Assembly: GCA_963848885.1 (NCBI GenBank)
Contig: CAWKFR010000009.1
Span: 25,074-89,073, forward strand
Source: an uncultured Thermoleophilaceae bacterium
Lineage (GTDB): Bacteria > Actinomycetota > Thermoleophilia > Solirubrobacterales > Thermoleophilaceae
DNA length: 64,000 nucleotides
Reading direction: 5' to 3'
Shown here: piece after piece, positions 57,402 through 64,000 of the stretch
Numbering within the stretch: the first letter of the stretch is position 1
Layout: each line of letters begins with the position of its first letter
The notes under the pieces: generated by a model
What the model was told of the DNA's origin: nothing
The model's input: the letters and a program-made list of their open reading frames with translations, nothing else
Databases searched by the model: none
Made by a program: the position numbers and the translations under genes

Positions 57402-60343
57402 TCAGCCGCCCCTCCGTGCCGAGGCGTTCTCGAGCTGCTCGGCGCGCTCCAGCGCCGGGGCGACATCGAGGCGTGACGTGACCTCGAGCTTCTGGAAGAT
57501 GTTTCGCATGTGGGTCTCGATCGTCTTGACGCTGAGGAAGAGCTCGCTCGCCACCTCGGGGTTCGTGCGGCGCTTCGCCACCAGGCGCGCGATCTCGGCT
57601 TCGCGCGCCGTGAGCGTGTCGACCCCGACGCCGCTCGCGTCCTTCGCGCTCGTCCGGCGGTAGGGGTTCCGGCCGAGCTTGCGCAGTTCGTGCTCGGCCT
57701 GGCTCCGGTACCGAAGCGCACCGCAGGCATCCAGCTGCCCGGCGGCGTGCTCCAGCTCGTCGAGGGCGCGATCGCGCTGGCCAGCGGCCGCAAGGGCACG
57801 TCCCGCGAGCGTCCGTGCCACGGCGGCATCTACGCGGGCATCGATCGCCTCCGCAGCCACCACCGCGGCCAACGCTCGCTCGGCCGCGGCGTCCGGATCG
57901 CCGGCGGCCAGAGCCACGGCTGCGGCGGCGCGGTGCGCCATGGCGTCCGCCAGGGGGAGGCGTACCCGGCGAGCGGTGGACTCGGCGCGAGCCGCCGACT
58001 GCTCGGCCTGCTCGGTTCCACCTGCCGCCAGCCAGCATCGCGTGAGCAACTCGAAGTAGTTGGCTCTCCACCCGTCCGGGATCCGCGGAAGCTCGTCGCC
58101 GCCTGCGGCCAGCAGGAGCAGCTCGATCGCTCGCTGGGGCTCGCCGGCCTCGTAGTGCGCGTGCGCGAGCGCCACTCCGGCGTTGGTGGAGACGAGACTG
58201 TCGTCCAGGTTGCGAGTCAGGTCCACAGCCTCTTCAGCGGTCGAGAGAGCCAGCGTCACGTCGCCCGCCGCAATTGCGGTGAAGGATCGGCCAAGCAGGT
58301 TCCACCCAAGCTGCTCTCGGTTGGCCGAGAGCCGGGCCACGTCGATCGCCTCGTCGAGGAGCTCGGCGGACTCGGCTATGCGTCCCCACATGTGGAGGAC
58401 GTTGCCCAACACGGGGACCAGGACCGGCGCGATGTTCCCCTGCCCGGTGGCCCGGCCGATGGCGATCCCTCGCCGTGCGTGCGAGGCGGCCTCGGGGTAG
58501 CGATGGAGATAGAGCTCTGCGGCGCAGAGGTTGGCAAGGGCATCCAGTCGATGCCCGAGCTCCCCGTCGGAGAGGTTCTTCACCTGAGCCGCGGCCTCCG
58601 AGCAGTGAGCCTCAGCGTCGAGGACGCGCCCGGTGAACGTATCGGCGACCGCCAGCGCCGCCGTGCTCGCGGCCGTAAGGGGCAGGTCTCCGAGCGGCTG
58701 CGCCAGCCTGACCGCTCGCTCGCTCCATTCGCGCATTCCGTCGAAGTCCAGGCGGTAGAGGCTGCCGACGGCGAGGTGGATGATGAGAGCCACCGCCTCG
58801 GCGGAGGAGTGGTCCGAGAGGTGATCGAGTGCGGTGGTCAGGCGCGAGTGCGCCTCCTCGTGGCGGCCGAGGAGCTGCTCGAGCGACGCACACTGGACGG
58901 TGAGCTGCAACCGGAGGTCCTGCTGGTCGTCGGTGGCGACGGCGAGGCTGTCGAGCACTGCCTCACGGCTGTTCTCGAAGTGGCCGATTGCCGCCTCCGT
59001 CTCGGCGATCGCCGTCAGGAGGGCGATTCGGTCCTCTCGCGGCGCAGCCTCGGGGAGCAGGCCGAGCGCAAGCTCGAACCAACGCGCCGCACTGGCGGGG
59101 GCGCGCCGAGCGGCGGCCACCCCGGCTTCGCGCAGGACGGCGACGGCGCTCAGATCGCCGTGCCGAGCGGCGTGCTGTACGTGGTGGGCGCGCATGGCCG
59201 CCGGTGCGCCCTGCGCCGCGAGCGCGTTGGCGCAGTGCTCGTGGGCGGCAAGCCTCGTCCCGGGCGCGCAGGACTCGTACACCGCGTGACGGACAAGCGG
59301 ATGCCGAAAGTGGAACCGGCGCGGGCGCCCCCGCCGATCGCACCAGATCCCGGGCGGCGAGCTCATCGATCGCGTCCAGGGCGTCCGGCTCCCCCAGGCC
59401 CGCGGCGGCCAGGGCGAGGTCGAGCTCGAAGGGGTCGCCTGCCACGGCCCCGGCCTCGGCGAGGCGCCGTGCCGGCACCGACAGCCCGTCGAGCTCGCGA
59501 ACGATCGCTGCGACCACCGCGCTGGGCACGTCACCCTCGTCCTCGGCGGAGCGCAAGCCGCGTTTCTCGTCACCACGCCCGCGAGTCAGCTCGAGCATGT
59601 AGAACGGATTTCCTCCGCTCCTGCGATAGACGCATTCGGCCTCCGCCTGATCCGCGAGGCCCACGAGCGCCTGCGCGTCGGCGGGTGCCAGCGGGCCAAG
59701 CGCTATCGAGTGGACGGATTCGGATCCGCGCAGGGTGGAGTCCATCACCGCTTGCGGTCGCGTGGTCGGCCTGTCTCGCGCGAAGCCCCACGGCCAGCAC
59801 GACACGGCCGCGGGGAGGACGCCTGAAGAGATGCGAGGCGAGCTCGAGCGACGCGCCGTCGGCCCAGTGAAGATCGTCGAGCACGAGGACGAGCGGTTGC
59901 TTCACCGCCAGGCGCTCGATCAGCTCGCGCGCAGCGCGATAGGCACGGTGGCGCTCGGCCGCGGTGGTCGGCTCATCCGAGCCCGGGTCGAGCGACCGCA
60001 GCGCCGGGAACACGCCGCCGAGCTCGGCCAGGGTTTCGGTCTCCAGGCTGTGGAACGCGCTGGGGGCGAGCGACTCGAGGTACTCGTCGAGGGCGTCGAT
60101 GATCAAGCCGAATGGCAGATCGCGCTCGAACTCGGCCGCGCTCCCCCTCAACGCGAGGCACCCCCGCTCCTCGGCCCGGCGGAGGAGCTCGGCCAGGAGC
60201 GAGGACTTGCCGATCCCCGGTTCGCCCGTGACGAACACGATCTGCGGAGACCCCGCACACGCTTCTTCGAGCATGCGCTCGAGCAGATCCAACTCGGTCT
60301 GTCGGCCAACGAGTGTCTGGGCCAGTTCAGTCACTCCCACCAC
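57402..60343 (-). pseudogene. LAL-type regulator (N-terminal AAA/STAND ATPase, helical repeats, C-terminal LuxR HTH), two frame breaks as given
   Basis: Walker A VFVTGEPGIGKSSLL and Walker B LVLVLDDLHWAD (track ORF 59570..60343). Middle piece in track ORF 58963..59805. The remainder, in track ORF 57402..59576, ends with LTAREAEIARLVAKRRTNPEVASELFLSVKTIETHMRNIFQKL. Breaks near 59790 and 59325. Confidence 0.8.
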
Positions 60344-60445
60344 TCAACCGTGGCGACTCCGGCCAGCATACGCCCGCGGCTGAGGAGGTGGAAATCAGGG
60401 TGGCCACCGATGTCGGGCCGGCCGGCCTTCGCCAACACTGGACAC

Positions 60446-60688
60446 ATGCCGCGCTACATGCTCGAGCACCGTCATGCGCCCAGAGAGTGCGGCGTGGTGT
60501 TCGCCTCGTTCAACGCGTTCGAAAGCCCGCTCCGCCACAAAGAGGTCTGCGCCACGTGCAGCTTCGGCACGCACCGGATCTGGTGGGAACTGGAAGCGGA
60601 CACGGAAGCCGAGGCTCTATCGCAGTTGCCGCACTACGTGGCGGAGCGAACCACCGTCACTCGCGTTCGGCTCGTTCAGATGCCCTGA
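60446..60688 (+). CDS. Small Cys/His-containing hypothetical protein (80 aa)
   Basis: ATG 60446 within track ORF 59735..60688. Sequence: MPRYMLEHRHAPRECGVVFASFNAFESPLRHKEVCATCSFGTHRIWWELEADTEAEALSQLPHYVAERTTVTRVRLVQMP. GC-rich third positions support coding; the family was not recognised. Confidence 0.5.
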   Translation: MPRYMLEHRHAPRECGVVFASFNAFESPLRHKEVCATCSFGTHRIWWELEADTEAEALSQLPHYVAERTTVTRVRLVQMP

Positions 60689-60821
60689 TTCACCGACGCA
60701 AGTTCAGGGTGTCCCCCGATGTCCGTGAGGGGGTCGGGGCGGGGACGCTGCAGCGACCGTCCGGCGATGGGGATGCCGCCGTCGGCAAGTCGACTTCGAT
60801 GCACAGCAAGGAGACATAGAG

Positions 60822-61592
60822 ATGGCGATTACAACCACCCCCGAAACGACTGCGGTCAAGCCCGAGCAGAGTCCTGGCCGCGTCGGACGTGACCCGTCAG
60901 TACGGCGAGGGCGACTCGGCGGTCCACGCGCTGCGCGGCGTCTCGCTGGAGATCCCGCACGGCCAGTTCGCGGCCGTGATGGGCCCGTCCGGGCTCCGGC
61001 AAGTCGACGCTGATGCACATCCTCGCCGGGCTCGACACCCCCACGTCCGGCCAGGTCTGGGTCGGGCGACGAGGAGATCACCGACATGGACGACGACGAG
61101 CTCACGCTCCTGCGTCGTCGCAGCATCGGCTTCATCTTCCAGTTCTTCAACCTGCTGCCGATGCTGACCGCGCAGCAGAACGTCGTGCTGCCGCTGTCGA
61201 TCGCCGGCGAGGACATCGACGCCGAGTGGGTCGACGAGGTGATGGAGAAGGTCGGCCTGGCCGACCGCCGCACGCATCGTCCGTCCGAGATGTCCGGCGG
61301 CCAGCAGCAGCGCGTGGCGATCGCCCGGGCGCTCGTCTCGCGGCCGACGATCCTGTTCGCCGACGAGCCCACCGGCAACCTCGACTCGACGATGAGCGAG
61401 GAGATCCTCCAGGCGCTGCGCGACTCGGTCGACAGCTACGGCCAGACGACGATGATGGTCACGCACGAGGCGAGCGCCGCCGCGGTCGCGGACCGGATCG
61501 TCTTCCTGGCCGACGGCGAGACCGTCGAGGACGAATACGGGCTTGACGAGCACGCCGTGCTCGGCACGATGGAGAGGCTGGCTCACCGATGA
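60822..61592 (+). pseudogene. ABC transporter ATP-binding protein (MacB/LolD/FtsE-like), three frame breaks as given
   Basis: ATG 60822, 8 nt after AAGGAG. Pieces: MAITTTPETTAVKPEQ / VLAASDVTRQYGEGDSAVHALRGVSLEIPHGQFAAVMGPSG / (SGK)STLMHILAGLDTPTSGQVWVG / DEEITDMDDDELTLLRRRSIGFIFQFFNLLP...SEMSGGQQQRVAIARAL...LFADEPTGNLD. Breaks near 60868, 60993 (extra g in tccgggctccggcaag) and 61070. Confidence 0.8.
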
Positions 61593-64000
61593 AGACCGCG
61601 ACGCTGCAGGGCCTGCTCGGCCGCAAGCTGCGCACGGCGCTGACCGCGCTGTCGATCGTCCTCGGCGTCGCGATGGTGAGCGGGACCTTCGTCCTGACGG
61701 ACACGATGAAGAAGGCCTTCGACGACCTGTTCACGGGCACGTACAAGGACACCGGTGCCGTGATCTCCGGCAAGGAGATCGTCAAGGGGGCCGCCAAGTC
61801 GACGGTGCCCGAGTCGCTGCAGACGAAGGTGGCGGCGCTCTCGGACGTCAAGAGCGCCTCGGGGGCGATCTTCGACATCAGCGGCACCAGCGACTTCGTG
61901 AAGCTGATCGGCCGCGACGGCAAGCAGCTCGGGAGCACGCAGCAGCCCAACTTCGGCTGGGGATTCGAGCCGGGCGAGAAGGCGAACCCCACGACGCTGA
62001 AGTCCGGCAAGTGGGCGGTCGGCCCCAACCAGGTCGTGATCGACGCCGCGAGCGCGAAGAAGGGGAACTACAAGCTCGGCGACAAGATCGGCGTGGCCGG
62101 CGAGGGGCCGCAGCGGAGCATGACCGTCTCCGGCATCGCCAAGTTCGGCTCGGTCGACTCGATCGGCGGCGCGACCTTCGCCGTCTTCGACGTGCCCACG
62201 GCGCAGAAGCTGCTCGACAAGGAGGGCCAGTTCGACGTCATCTACGTGACGCCGAAGTCGGGCGTCTCGGAGGCCGAGGTCGCCGACCAGGTCAAGCCGC
62301 TGCTGCCGTCCTCGGCCCAGATCGAGACCGGCGACGCGGCCGGCAAGGCCGCGGCCAAGGAGGTCAACGACGGGCTCGCGTTCTTCCAGTACCTGCTGCT
62401 CGCGTTCGCCGGGATCGCCCTGATCGTCGGCTCTTTCGTCATCTTCAACACGCTGTCGATGACGGTCGCGCAGCGCGTGCGCGAGCTGGCCACGCTGCGC
62501 ACGCTCGGCGCGTCGCGCAAGCAGGTGTTCCGCTCGGTGCTGCTCGAGGGCTTCGTCACCGGGCTGGTCGCGGCCATCGTCGGCCTGCTCGTCGGCCTGC
62601 TGATCGCCAAGGGCCTGAACGCGCATGTTCAAGGCGCTCGGGGTCGACCTGCCCAGCACGGGCACCGTGTTCGGCCTGCGAAGACGGTGATCGTCTCGCT
62701 GCTGCTCGGCGTGGGCATCACGGTGCTCGCCACGATCTCGCCGGCTCGGCGGGCCACCCGCGTGCCGCCGATCGCGGCCGTGCGCGAGGGCGCGGTGCTG
62801 CCGCCGTCGCGGCTCGCCAGGAGCCGCACCGCCGCGCCGATCGTGCTCGGCATAGCGGCCGTCCTGCTGGGCCTCGGCCTGTTCGCGAGCGGCCTGCCCA
62901 CCGGCGCCGTCGTGGTGCTGGACGGAGTCGGATGCATCCTCCTGTTCATCGGCGTCGGCATGATCTCGTCGCGCCTGGTGCGGCCGCTCGCGGCCGCCGT
63001 GGGCGCACCCGGCGAGCGCTCGGCGGAGCGCCGGGTGCGCTCGCCAAGGACAACGCCACGCGCAACCCCGCGCGCACGGCCCGCACGGCCGGCGCGCTGA
63101 TGATCGGGCTCGCGCTGGTCACGCTCGTCGCGACGTTGGGGGCGAGCCTCAAGGGCACCACCAAGGACGCGCTCAAGGATCAGGTGCGCGCGGACTACGT
63201 CGTGACGGCCAAGAACGGCTACGACACGTTCACCTCCAGCGCGGGCAACGCGCTGGCGAACGCGCCCGGAGTCGCCGCCGCCTCGGCGGTCCGCGACGAC
63301 AAGGCGAGCAGCTTCGGCTCGGACATCGACGTCACGGGGGTCGACCCGTCCACGATCGGCAACGTCTACGACTTCCGCTGGAAGAAGGGCTCGGACAACG
63401 TGCTGCTGTCGCTCGGGTTCGACGGGGCGATCGTCAGGAACCAGTTCGCGGACGACAACAACCTCAAGGTCGGCAGCAAGTTCTCGATCCAGACGCCACA
63501 GGGCAAGAAGATCCCGCTCGTGGTGAGGGGGATCTACGACCCGCCGGCGGAGCAGCTCGATGCGCTGCTGGGGGCGGTGACGCTCGCGCAGCGGGCCTTC
63601 GACACGCACTTCCCGCAGCCGAAGGACCTGTTCGTCTTCGTCGACACCGACGACGGCGTGACCTCGCAGGCGACCGCCTCGCTCGACAAGACGCTCGACC
63701 CGTATCCCGACGCGAAGGTGCTCACCAACAGCGCCTGGATCACGGAGCGGGCCGGCGGCATCGACATGATCCTGAACATCTTCTACGTGCTGCTCGCGCT
63801 GTCGATCATCGTGAGCCTGTTCGGGATGGTGAACGCCCTGGCGCTGTCGGTGTTCGAGCGCACGCGTGAGCTCGGCATGCTGCGCGCGATCGGGCTGACG
63901 CGGCGCCAGACGCGCCGGATGATCCGCTACGAGAGCGTGATCATCGCCCTGATCGGGGCGGCGCTCGGGCTGCCGCTCGGGATCCTGCTCGCGGCGGTCA
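61589..64000 (+). pseudogene. ABC transporter permease, MacB/FtsX family with two FtsX modules (3' end outside the window), three frame breaks as given
   Basis: ATG overlaps the upstream stop (ATGA). N-terminal LRTALTALSIVLGVAMVSGTF, a periplasmic domain, and a first FtsX module (FNTLSMTVAQRVRELATLRTLGASR). It leaves frame near 62625 and returns near 62680 (MFKALGVDLPSTGTVFGL in the other frame). A third break near 63020 leads to LAKDNATRNPARTARTAGALMIGLAL... and a second FtsX module (FERTRELGMLRAIGLTRRQ). Confidence 0.8.

Noticed and set aside
57402-64000. STAND-type ATPase plus small protein plus ABC transporter, considered as an anti-phage defence cassette
   Set aside because: The ATPase ends in a LuxR HTH, the classic LAL transcription-regulator architecture. 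The transporter is an ordinary MacB/FtsX efflux type, and no nuclease, TIR, SIR2 or other effector domain is present.

Overview
Very GC-rich bacterial chromosomal segment (roughly 70% GC or more by eye). The style looks actinobacterial: GTG/TTG starts, 4-nt start/stop overlaps, a LAL-type regulator, and an ECF sigma fused to a zf-HC2 domain. A deep-branching Thermoleophilia/Rubrobacteria-type origin is my guess only. Positions 1 to about 48,000 form one large glycan-assembly locus. It holds two complete Wzm/Wzt ABC exporter pairs, a Wzx-type flippase, a Wzy_C/O-antigen-ligase-like protein with TPR repeats, and a WbaP-type initiating phosphoglycosyltransferase. It also holds a GT26 (WecG/TagA-type) enzyme, at least 15 other glycosyltransferase genes, five SDR sugar-nucleotide enzymes including Gmd and an Rmd-like reductase, RfbC, a WbpB/WbpE/asparagine-synthase-like amino-sugar module, and several SAM methyltransferases. 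From 48 kb to 64 kb the content is mixed housekeeping and regulatory: an ECF sigma/anti-sigma fusion, thiolase, a flavoprotein, a GH31 hydrolase, TetR, a MoaD-MoaE fusion, rhomboid, a methylmalonyl-CoA mutase large subunit, a LAL regulator and a MacB/FtsX-type ABC transporter that runs off the window end. I saw no rRNA, tRNA, CRISPR array, transposase or integrase. About 24 apparent frame breaks interrupt otherwise recognisable genes, housekeeping genes included. Assembly indel errors are as likely as true pseudogenisation, and the sequence alone cannot decide. Many long track ORFs are antisense or out-of-frame artefacts of the GC bias and were not called. All family assignments rest on motif recognition by eye, not on searches.
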